From Lingula anatina (Eukaryota; Animalia; Brachiopoda): DNA of 64,000 nt. Each line of letters starts with the position of its first letter. The first letter of the stretch is position 1. The notes beneath the pieces are model-generated. The model had not been told where the DNA came from and did no database searches. It was given only the letters and a program-made list of their open reading frames with translations. Shown here one piece after another: positions 38,247 through 49,545 of the stretch. The position numbers and the translations under genes are program-made. The stretch is taken from contig CM120646.1 in the NCBI GenBank assembly GCA_051362555.1, forward strand, positions 20,646,001-20,710,000, in the 5' to 3' direction.

Positions 38247-38353
38247 CAGTGAGAAATGTATATCAGTACCTGTTCATAAACGTTCATTTCAGGACTGACT
38301 TTGCACGCTCGTTGTCACGGGGAAGAAACTAGTACATTCACAAAAGGCGAACT

Positions 38354-38536
38354 ATGGCCGGTGTAGGACTGGGGCTGACTTTGGCACTCCTGTCCCTCAC
38401 CTTGCGGTGTCGGCCTGTACACAGCCACGGCAGGCTGTACGAACCCCCCGGACGCTCCACCGCTCATTCGAGGGGCTTTGACACGCCGGCCAACTACAAT
38501 GACATGGGCCTTAACTGCGGTGGATTTAGTGTAAGT

Positions 38537-38585
<49 letters not shown>

Positions 38586-39427
38586 CTTACTGCGGTTCCA
38601 TCGCTGTCAGTTGTTTGTGTTTTCACTGGGGTCTCTAAGACCCCATTCCTAGAGATTAGATCGGTCCAGCTAGATCGACCTAACTCCCTGGGTGTTACGA
38701 TAAATAGCTGTCAGCCAAGCGGGCACGAAAGTCAATTACCCCCTTACAGCTTGTAGAAGCCGGGACGGACATTTAAGCCGGATTATCTGACAGTAATCTA
38801 GTGAGACTCCCGACGGGGATAGATCGATCTAAAATCTATGGTAATGCGCCCTTATAACACATCTTTTTCATAAAATACGCAGCGACACTGTTGAATTGAA
38901 TTAAGTCAGTACTTTTTACAGTATGTCTTAAATTGGTTTATTTTCATTAGGATTATCGATATGAACCCCTATCGCGTGGTGACATTTGTTTAATCTTTCA
39001 TGAGCATCGATCAGTCAAAAGAAACTGTCAAACGGAACACTTAAACGTTAACCGATAACGGTCTTTGGGCTGCAATCAATTTTTTCGTCTACACCGATTC
39101 AATCTGCTACCACCATCTGATCCGCTTGAGGGGTTCCTGTTCCCTTCCCTCTTCCAGGGAGGCAGATTATAGGCAAATATATCTGTGCATTTATCTTGTG
39201 AAAAATCAATCTGTCGCCCTCGTAGAGGGTGCCTGTTCCCCCTGTATACTAGTGTGCATGGGCCACTGGGCAATTTGTGTGATTTCATGAGCAATATGTG
39301 CGTGACTTGGCAGTATTGTTGATCGTGTGTGGTGTGGGGTAGCGGTATGACGACTGGACTACCTCTAATTTTTAAGTTAAAACAATTATAACACCGTCCA
39401 TTTAAGACCACGCAGTGCGTGCTCTCC

Positions 39428-39474
<47 letters not shown>

Positions 39475-41705
39475 ACTTACTGAAAAAATAACCTGGTGCT
39501 ACTCCCTAATCCTCTAAAGCATGCCCAGGTAAATAATTGGGCTTATAAGAATAATACATACTATTTTAAGCTTAGCTGTATTGTATATGCAGTATTGTTT
39601 ATTATTGTATTGTAATAACACAAGTAGGGTGTACCACACCTGTAGTCATCTTTATTTGGTCTTATAATTCTGTGTTGAATTCTGTCTTTAAGTCATGTAC
39701 AATCGTAAAAATGCATCCTAATTTATAGAGAATAGCCAGCATTGTGTTATTTTGAAAACCAAAACCAGAATCATAGGTTGTGCATGCATATTTCCTTTTC
39801 TTTCGCGGCTTTCGTTATACGTGTATTTCTTTTTCTTCCTTGGCTCTTGTTGCGCATGTTTTTCTTTTTCTTTCGTGGCTGCTTTCTTTTTCTTTCGTGG
39901 AGTCTGACTTGAGTCAAAATAGTTGTCGCCTACATTTGTAAATACAGGAAGTTCGAAGATGTAATTGCGTTCTTGGGGTCGTTTGTAGTTTACTCATTTC
40001 AAACTGACTAAAATTACAATTGTTTATAGCAGTTGCGTCACAGAGAAAATAAATAATAACATGTCTCAACGCTCACCTTTGTCACTGCACAAAGAAACTC
40101 TGATATAATACCTGCAATTCAGGGGGAAAGCTACTGTACACAAATATAATTACTGTATCTTGCGTTCATTATACTGTCGCGGGACACAAAAACACGACAA
40201 AATGCTACCAATGTCTACCATATTACGTATCAAGGAAGACAAACTTATGTTTCACTGACCGGAAAATTCACTGTCATACCTGTCCCCAAGCGGAAGACGG
40301 GTATTAACTGCGACCTGGCTTTTGGATAAATGCATGAGCAAGACGCTTTCACATTTTTCACAATAGAGTGTGAAATCATCCACGCCCCGACCCGCTGTCC
40401 TTTTTCACCAATAACAGTGTATTTATCAAGGACAACTGTGGTGGGCAGCCCCCTGTAACCCCAGGGGTAATTACACCCCTCTTTAACCCTTGATTTAAAG
40501 GACCTCTACCCCCACCCACCCTTCCCAATGTAAGCCTAAAGTGGCAAGCACAATAGGCCTAGGTGGGATCTTAGATCGAGCGTTTGCCTCTAGGGCCTTG
40601 GTCTTAAATGTTAATAGACCCTATACAAATAAGATTGTAATTAAACAGAACCACGATGCTTTACAACAGGACAAATGACTCGGGTTGTCTTCTTCACTCC
40701 TCTAATTGTAATTATCATACATAAAGGTGAGAACAATTTAGTGAACTCTTTTAATCTTCCAGTATAAAGACTGACAATGGTGTGCGCCGAGACAGGAGTG
40801 GTACCCTGTAGTCTGTTCCTCATCATTTCGTACTTTTGACATCCGTCCACCCTATTCTCACCGCACTTCTTCAAACCAAAACCAATCCTAGACATATTGG
40901 ACCCCGGATTTCCATGCGTAGGGCTGCCATTAATGTCTCATTCGGGTTAAAATAAACGCCCTGGCTTAAGAGCACGGTAAAAGCTGTTTTAAAAACCGTT
41001 TACATATTTTTCGCTACATAAATCATATTTATAAATTTTGAGAAAGTTGATTAGAAGGTTGATTTGTCGATGAGGAAAGGTAAAAAAAATGTTTCCTACA
41101 TTGGACCAACACATGTACCCCCCTGCCTCCTATCATTATGTCGGGTCTTCAGAAAGCACATTTATGACGATTTTTATCTACGGGATCAACATGTGACTAG
41201 CTGTTGCTTCTCTGCGTCCAGGTATGAAAGTTTAAAAAGTTAAACTCGTTCATGCACCATCATTTCATTCCTTAATTATGCACAGATGAACGCATGCGAG
41301 CGGCGTGGTCGTAGAGGCGAAGGGTATTTTCCCTCCAAACACCCAGGAGTTTTTTGCCTTGTTATATTTCTAATCTCATATTCTATCTTAGTGTTAATAT
41401 CTAAATGATGATTTCATATTCTTCAAAATTTCAGAACCAATGGGACGTACATGGTGGGAAATGCGGCGTATGCGGCGACCCCTGGCAAGGCCCTCGTGAA
41501 AACGAGGCTGGTGGGCTATACGCCACAGGAACCATTGTGCGGCAGTTTACAATGGGAGAGTATATGCCAATCGTGTTAGAAATAACAGCTCCACATAGAG
41601 GATGGTTTGAATTTAGGTAAATACTGGAAAAAGAAATTGGTTGCATTTTTGTCTTTTTGCAACTAATACACATACATGTACAGGTACTAAAAAGTAATTT
41701 TCGTC

Positions 41706-41748
<43 letters not shown>

Positions 41749-42829
41749 TGATAAAATATAAGTTTCTGCAATGTTTGTCCTACGTGAAAAATAAATAAAC
41801 TGATTTACAATCTGATAACACTTAATTATTATAAGTAAAAAAATAGATGAAATGAAATAAGTATTTAAATAAAAAAGTATGAGGATCACTATAGGTTATT
41901 GATATCAAACGTATCTTTTCGTCTTGTCCTAATATATATATTGAACCTTATAAGTTTATAATTGGGACAAATTCTCCACAATTTTCTTCAGGCTGTGCCC
42001 ACACAACGACCCCAGCACCCCGATCACCCAGGGGTGTCTGAACCAGTATAAACTCCCCATATACCTCCACGCCAACGGGACAACGGTCACCCGGTTCTAC
42101 AGTTTGGAGACCATACCCGGCAGCGGGTGGACAGTGGGAAAGGTCTACATGCTGGCCAAACTGCCCGATTACGTCACCTGTACACAGTGTGTACTGCAGT
42201 GGAAGTGGCACACCGGTGAGTGGTGTGACGTTATATGCGGTGAAATGACGTAACGTTGAGCTGATCGAACTTAATGTAAACAAAATCAAAGCTACGTATG
42301 ATGTCATATTTAGGAAAAAGACGCAATATTTACCTGACCTTAATATAAATAAAGCCAAAGTGCGATATGATGTAAATGGTATGATTGGATTCTGAGATAA
42401 TCTCGGAATTACCAGCCTCATGTTCAAATAAATACACTGTAGAATAACAGTCATGATGGGGTCCAACATACAGATTTGATATACTTTCGCAGATATCATA
42501 CCCACACATTCACAATTGCAATTTTTTTAACACGTACTCGGTATGTCTGGTGTATTTTGCCCTGTACAGAAAACCTACTTTCTAGATTTCAAAGTAGTAT
42601 GTTTGAGTGAATTTGACTGCGCTGTTGAGAAAAAGTCTCGTTTCATGATGTTTTAATGTTGGATGAAGAAAATGCTCAACTATGTACGAAATGGTAAATA
42701 GGGATGCGACGGATTGCACACATTGCTTCAGGGCAGCCCCAAATTTAGCAAGCGAAACGAGATTTTTCTGTACCCTGCTTTTACAGAAAACTGTCCACTA
42801 TTTTATATTTGCGCACTTCGCACAGCAGA

Positions 42830-42868
<39 letters not shown>

Positions 42869-45800
42869 ATCCTCTTCCAGGAAACAGTTGGGGAACAGAC
42901 CCCGACGGGAACTCCTGTGTGGGCTGCGGTCCACAGGAAGAGTTCTACGGCTGCGCAGATATCGCTATTTATCCACCAGGACAAGTGACAGGAGGAGTCA
43001 CCTTGCCTGCGACACCAGCCACACCTGCGCCAACCGGAACTGGAACTACGGCGGGAGCTACTGGATCCACTTCTGCACCACCGACAGGTTTGAGAATATT
43101 TTATTTGGATTATGCTGTACCAGTTATGCAGTGAAAGTTCTTGAACGCAGTCAGCTGCAGTAACACAATCATGAAAACAGAAAAAAGAAACTGTATGACG
43201 TGAGAATGCACCTTTTTGTAAGGAAAAAAACTAATCCACCTGTAACCCATACAATCGTTAAATCAAATTACTTAGAGGACACAAAGCAGGGGTGTGCTGG
43301 CAAGTCGTCCGTCTTTTCAAATTGATCTAAACAGTTCAGTTAAATACAGTAGTGCTGATTGACGTCTTTTTATGAAATAATCACTCAACAAACGAGGTAC
43401 AAGTTAAACTGAACAATTTTGTTCAACTTATATGACCTACCTTAGATCTCTATCTATACGGACATTGCCTTAACGTGCGTACCTAACATTTTTATAGCTC
43501 CTGGTAACATGAAGGTGGGCTGCTGGTTTACCAACTGGGCACAGCACAGGTCGGATCTAGCTGCCAAATTCCTTCCGGAGGACATTGACGTCAACCTGTG
43601 CACTCACATCTACTACGCCTTTGCCAAGGTGGACAGAGGGACAAATGGGGAATTCACGGTCAAGCCTTACGAAGACAATGACTTTGGTAATGCCGATCTT
43701 TTAATTTACCTCATTCTGAGGCAATCTTGAGATTGGTCTTAATTGCACCTAGTCCGGTAGAAATAAACTTGTATTTAATCAGACCACGCGGGCATAATGG
43801 TATACTGGGCGGTATTCCGTGGACGTGATTTGTGAAAGGTTCTTTTAATAAACACGGGTAACCCCAACATGATTCAGAATACGGTTTGTCAAATATTCGT
43901 TCCTGCAAGTACCCTTTTTAGATACGGTTAGTACATTAAATCTCCTAGTCCTAATGTACCGAGAATATTAGGGACCATCCCCAGACCCTAAGGTGTAAAC
44001 TGTGGATCGATCTATCTCAGAGGGAATTCTCGCTAAATTGCGATCATCTTAAGCGACTTAGATGTTTGTCACACCTACTGAAACTGCTATAGGCGTGCCA
44101 GACATCTAAGCCGCTTAAGGTGAAAGCAATTTAACGAGAAACCCCTAGGACATGGATCGTTCCTGTTAGATGTACCTGTTAGGTATGGGAACCCAGTCTT
44201 AATCACTATTTCAACATTACTGAATGTTTGTTCCAGAGCTGTACTCCCGAGTGATAGGTCTGAAACATTACAAGCCAACTCTTAAGGTCCTCCTGGCAGT
44301 CGGAGGCTGGACGCACGGTACGGCCGCCTTCAACGAGATGTCGGCCACCGCGGTGACCAGGGGTCAGTTCTTGAGGAACACCATCGCTTATTTGAGGCTA
44401 CACGGGTTTGACGGTCTGGATTACGACTGGGAATATCCTGGAGTGGCCTGGCGAGGCAGTGGACCCGAGACCAAGCAGCAGTTTTCGGACCTGGTCAAGG
44501 TTTGACACGTTCATGTATAGCCTTTGTATTGTGGTAAACCCATTTCCGATGGTCGTGGGTTTATGCTTATTACCGGTGACGTGCGGAAACAGGGGCGGAC
44601 CCAGAGCTATTTTCTGACAGTCTTCCAAATTATCTTTGTTGATTCACCCTCTAATTTTGACCGTCTTCAAACATGAAAAAATGGATACCCGTCAATGTAA
44701 ACTTGAAAATCTGACCGTCTTCCGTAAGACCCAGAAGACGGCCTAAATCCGCCCCTGGGAAAGAGTAAACCGCGCATGCACGTCACCGAAATTGGGCATG
44801 AACCCACGACCCGCGGAATTTTTCTGTGGAAAGGGGAGTTAAGTATGTCGATGCTTTTGCAATGAAAATTGAAGGGGAATGTAATTATCAATACACAAAA
44901 GTATACTGCAAAATGTTTGCTGTATGGTGACTTTTGTCTTAACGAGTAATTGCTACAAACATTGTCTATATAAACAGACCTCATTTAAATAAACTAATAA
45001 CTTTTAACAAAACTCTGATTTTTTACCAGTAAACTATTGTAGGGACCAGAAAGACAGTCATTAAATTGATAAATCTTTTTTTATATTAACCAAGTAATGG
45101 TATCTTCATCTTACTTTACTTCTACATCTAGGAAACTCGATTGACATTCGAAAAAGATGCTACCGACACTGGAAAAGAGCGTTTGCTGGCAACAGCCTCC
45201 GTGGGAGTCAGTAGTTATATTGTTGAAGCAGGCTACGACATTCCTACCATGAATACGTGAGTTTTGCCCAATGGTATGATTATTCCTGAATATTTATAAG
45301 GGTTTATTTATTTACTAAGACTTGTTTGAGCTTTCATAATATTATAATTTGAAAAAATCCGCGATAATGAACAATGGGGAAAGTGAATGGTTTGAAGTAA
45401 GTTCAATATATAGCGGTATTTGACAATGAAAGAAAAACATTACAGAATGAGTTGGTCATACGACAGACTTGTCTGTGGGAGGTTATCTCAGAATATGCAC
45501 GTGACTTATTGCTCAGAAAGCTGGAAGTAGGGCAGGGCACAGCTCCTACCATAAGTAACTTTTGGGGTACCCAAACAGTGTGACGAACGAAACAAAACAA
45601 AATCAAAGATTCATTCCATACCCCCTTGCCCAACATATTATAGTTGTCTTCGTCTACCGTTTTGTATTGAACAAGCGAAGGAAGGCAATAAATTATCTCC
45701 TCTCCAAACCCATATCTAAATTCTATATACTATACACTAGTGATGGGATTTTCTTCTTCTAACCTTACCTTCTTCCTTGTGAGCCGACCAAATTAATGGT

Positions 45801-48800
45801 TATAATTAGTGCTCGAACCACTCCAAACATATGCTGTTGGTGATATCTTTTCAGGTATCTTGACTGGACTAACCTGATGAGCTACGACTTACATGGCTCC
45901 TGGGAAGCGTTCCTTGGCCACCACACGGCGCTGTATGCGAGGTCGGATGAAGATTCTACGCAGGCGCAGATAAATGTGGTAATTATTTACATAAGCACAG
46001 TCTATTGACGTACATGCACATATGTCACGAAAAGTTATATCCACTGTGACTGTGAATTTGAAAAATATAATGTTCAGGTAGGGAATTATACAAAAAATCC
46101 ATGTCATGTCAATATTTCCATACCTTTATCTTTATTTTAAGGTTCATTCAAATGAAAAAGATACTGAGTTTCAGTCCTCAGTGAATCGTACATGTGTATG
46201 ATTTGAGTCTATGCCACTGTACAACGTCTCTATATTTTAGGACTTCGTTGTTCGTTATTGGATCAGTCAGGGATACGAATCTCAAAAACTTCTTCTCGGG
46301 GTCGGATCGTATGGTCGCACCTTCAGAATGGCGTCCGGATCCGGGTACAACTTGGGGGATGCCGCTTCTGGTGCAGGGAATCCTGGCCAATATACCGTTG
46401 AAGGTGGCCTACTGTCGTACTACGAGGTAATTGCTGATAAGTTTTTTCTCATACCGTTTTGCTTGATCAACTTGACAACAAAGCTTATGTCAGTTAAACC
46501 CATCATTTACATGTCAAAATATTTCTCAAAATTTATTTCAGTACACCCTGGGTTATTTGAGGGCTAGCATATATTTACAAAATAAGCTATTCGCGTTCTT
46601 TATTTCAAGGTGTGTAAAAACCTGGGTGAAGGCTGGACTAGAGCGTTCAACTACGAGCACAAAGTTCCTTATGCCTACAACAGTGCCTCGCTGCAGTGGG
46701 TGGGCTATGATGACGTAGAAAGTATTGGATACAAGGTGAGTTGAGTACATGTACTGTATGGGTAGTGAATGGAATCATCCAATATACCCTTAGACGAAAC
46801 TCTCGGCATTGCTTGACGTCATACGAGACTAGAAAATAACTGGACTAAGCTTTAAGACCTTTAATTGTAACCATTTTTTAGCAGCAGTTTATTCAAATGA
46901 AATAGTGTGATTATTTTATACATGTGACATCGTTGACATAGCTTGTGTTTTATACTTTAATTACATAGACTATCATATCTGGATTGGTTTTGATTGGAAT
47001 TAGTCAAAGTTTTTCATGAATAGATTTTGATCGATTTTCAAGCTCAAGGGCTGCTGTGAGATTCGCTGGTCAATATCCCTAATTTCCCTTCAATGATGCA
47101 ATCTCCAAGTACAATAGTGTGCAGACTGAGTGTGAAATTTTCTTCCGTCGTTCTAGGCTGACTTTGCGTGTAGACAGCAATTGGGCGGTGTTCACATGTG
47201 GGCAATCGACCTGGACGATTTCAAAAATGCCTTCTGTAACCAAGGAAACTATCCATTGCTGACCGCGGTGAACACGCACCTCTCTCGGTGCAGCAGCGGC
47301 GTCACGGGAACACCGGTAGTCTCCACTACCGCACCCACAGCCCCTGTAAGCTCCACCACAGTGCCTACGGGGACTCCAGCTTCATCAGCAGGGACTCCAG
47401 CTACGTCGGCGGGGACTCCAGCGCCATCAGCAGGGACTCCCGCTACGTCAGCGGGGACTCCAACTACGTCAGCAGGGACTCCAGCTACGTCGACAGCGAC
47501 CACTGCAGCACCTGGAGGTACTTTCCTTTATAAATATCTTTTGAATCAGTATTAATTTCCTGTGGTCAAAATTGTTTTAAAGTTTTATGAATACTTTTCT
47601 TGAAACATATGTTTAAATATATGTGATTTTCCATTGATTATTTTTCCAGGTTCGATCATCATCATGACACCCTATCCTTATTAATCGGTTTATAATATAA
47701 TATAATATAATATAATATAATATAATATAATATAATATAATATAATATAATATAATATGATCTCATTCAAGGTCCGATCACCTGTTCATACGATGGTCAG
47801 TTCCATTCTGACCCTGAAAATAGCCAGTGTTACTACCAGTGCGGACACCAGAACCCCGTGCACTACTGCTGCGCAGAAGGCACATATTTCTGCCTGGCTG
47901 TCACAAACTGTAAATGGCTCAGCGAGCCGTGCCCCGGTGCTTCAAGCACAGGGCCATCGTCCACGGCGACCACGCCCGCGGCGCCTAGTCCCAGCACTTC
48001 TAGCACAGTCAGTACCACGGTCAAGACTACGACTACCAAGGCGCCGACGACTACCACAGTGCCTACGACTTCCACAGTGCCTACGACCACCTCAGTACCA
48101 ACGACTACCACAGAAGGTAAATTAAAAGACAACAGTGACAGTGTGATGAGAAGTTTCTGTATGACAGCTAAAATGTTATAAACTGCATGATTTCTGACAA
48201 ATGACAACTAGATACATGATTGTATTGTGAATACGGGACTGAGTATAAATATTAGGGCATTTTAAAGATTTCTTTTAAAACAAGTTACTAATTAATAACT
48301 AGCGTTCTTTGCAGTTCCATAAATCTGTTGATCGTCATTCAATTTTTCAAGCTCATAAATTCCATATGTATTTTAATTGCGTGTTTTAAGAAAAACATCT
48401 CTCTTTTACATACTGTAAACAAGTGATCGATGTTATGTTATGCGTCCCGTACGATTTCTCCCCTGCGGTAAAAAATGATTTCGCAGCAGAAGTAGCAATT
48501 ATATCATTTTATTTTAATAAAACCTCTCATTACTATGAAAAAGCAGCTCATCTTAGAACAGGTCACTGTAGAAAACGTGCAGATGCCCAAAACACATGTA
48601 ACGCCTTTTTAATCACCTATGCTTAAAATTTCTTTATTCTTTACGTGTTTTTTTTTTTTTTTTTTTTTCTTTTTAGGTGGTGCCGTAACCTGTGGCAACA
48701 GCCAATTTATCCCTGATCCTACCAATAAACAATGTTACTATCAGTGTGCTCACAACGTACCCTATCGCACCTGCTGTGCACCGGGAACACACTGGTGTCA

Positions 48801-48843
48801 GCCACGAATAAATTGCATCTGGGATTGGGACACTTCCTGTTAA
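38354..48843 (+). CDS. Secreted AA15-type lytic polysaccharide monooxygenase - GH18 chitinase - 2x CBM14-like fusion; 13 exons, 891 aa
   Basis: Exons 38354-38530, 41435-41616, 41992-42215, 42881-43087, 43498-43686, 44237-44499, 45132-45256, 45855-45978, 46241-46426, 46610-46735, 47157-47517, 47772-48116, 48677-48843. All are GT-AG with compatible phases, total 2676 nt. Signal peptide, then HGRLYEPPGRS (His1), LNCGG, KCGVCGDP, TAPHRGWFEFRLC, CVLQWKWHTGNSWG and GCGPQEEFYGCADI (AA15). GH18 motifs: VGCWFTNWAQ, CTHIYYAFA, KVLLAVGGW, FDGLDYDWEYP, MSYDLHG, WVGYDD, WAIDLDDF. Two Cys-rich chitin-binding modules are separated by S/T/P linkers. Confidence 0.92.
38540..38585. repeat. (TTA)n microsatellite in intron 1
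   Basis: Direct reading. It is the source of the poly-L in the 38354-38638 ORF. Confidence 0.95.
38639..38851 (+). mobile_element. Harbinger/Tourist-like MITE, copy 4 (intron 1 of the LPMO-chitinase gene)
   Basis: Same body as 6-220, flanked by TAA (38636-38638) and TTA (38852-38854). Confidence 0.85.
42828..42870. repeat. (ATAA)n microsatellite next to a splice acceptor
   Basis: Direct reading. Confidence 0.9.
44590..44757. mobile_element. MITE with caggggcgga / tccgcccctg ends (chitinase intron 6)
   Basis: 10-bp inverted termini. Confidence 0.6.
47370..47495 (+). repeat. Coding 21-bp minisatellite (6 x GTPA[S/T/P]SA-like) in the chitinase linker
   Basis: Units GTPASSA GTPATSA GTPAPSA GTPATSA GTPTTSA GTPATST. 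Confidence 0.92.
47691..47757. repeat. (TATAA)n microsatellite
   Basis: Direct reading. Confidence 0.95.
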
Positions 48844-49379
48844 TGGCGCATGCTCTGACGGTGTGTGAACCCTGCTCCTTGTCCATACCAGTGCATATAA
48901 CTAATTCACCGGGAAAATGCGTCACCAAATTCTTTTGGGTGAATTTTATTTGTTGGTGACGTTTACCATGACCGATATTATATTTCAGTAACATAGGCGG
49001 TAATTCCTAAGGCCTCGTTTGTACAAAACAGGGTCTTAAAAGGACCTTGTTGCAACTTTACACATATACACCGGTGTGAAACAGGGACGAAACTGTGAAA
49101 GGATTTTTCTTCATAAAATGTTAGAATGATCCGGAATCATTCTCAATTTTTTAACTGCTCATACCAATCGTAAAACAATCATTTAACAAACAATCGGCAT
49201 ACGTTTTATAACTTTAACATTCTAGTCCTGCCATGACAGATAATCATCATTGTTATCTTATTGAACCTTTTAACCCATTAATAAAGCAATATATCTTACA
49301 AATATCATACAGCTATTTTTATTAAATATTCTACTCCTAATTATTTGTTTTAAAAAACAATCTATGTGACATATCTGGA

Positions 49380-49545
49380 ACGTCCTGTAAGATAATATTT
49401 AGTCTGGGCGTGCCTTGAGACATCCTGTAGGATAAGAATTGGTCTGGGCGTGCCTTGCGACATCTTGTAGGATAATAATTGGCCTGGACGTGCCTTGGGT
49501 TATCCTGTAGGATAATGTTTGATCAGATTGTTTCTTGGGACAGCT
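49380..49545 (+). repeat. ~39-bp minisatellite, about 4 units
   Basis: The unit catcctgtaggataa(t/g)aattggtctgggcgtgccttg(a/c)ga is repeated with divergence. Confidence 0.85.

Noticed and set aside
43088-43134. Stop codon after LPMO exon 4 implying a stand-alone LPMO and a separate chitinase starting at Met 43509
   Set aside because: A phase-compatible GT-AG junction links the two parts, and the chitinase would lack a signal peptide. A short isoform cannot be excluded without RNA data.
47249-48207. Antisense V/G/A-rich ORFs
   Set aside because: Reverse complements of the Thr/Pro-rich coding linkers.
49380-49545. CRISPR-like periodicity (also the 62.3-63.2 kb and 53-56 kb arrays)
   Set aside because: Units repeat along their whole length with no unique spacers, there are no cas genes, and the context is eukaryotic.
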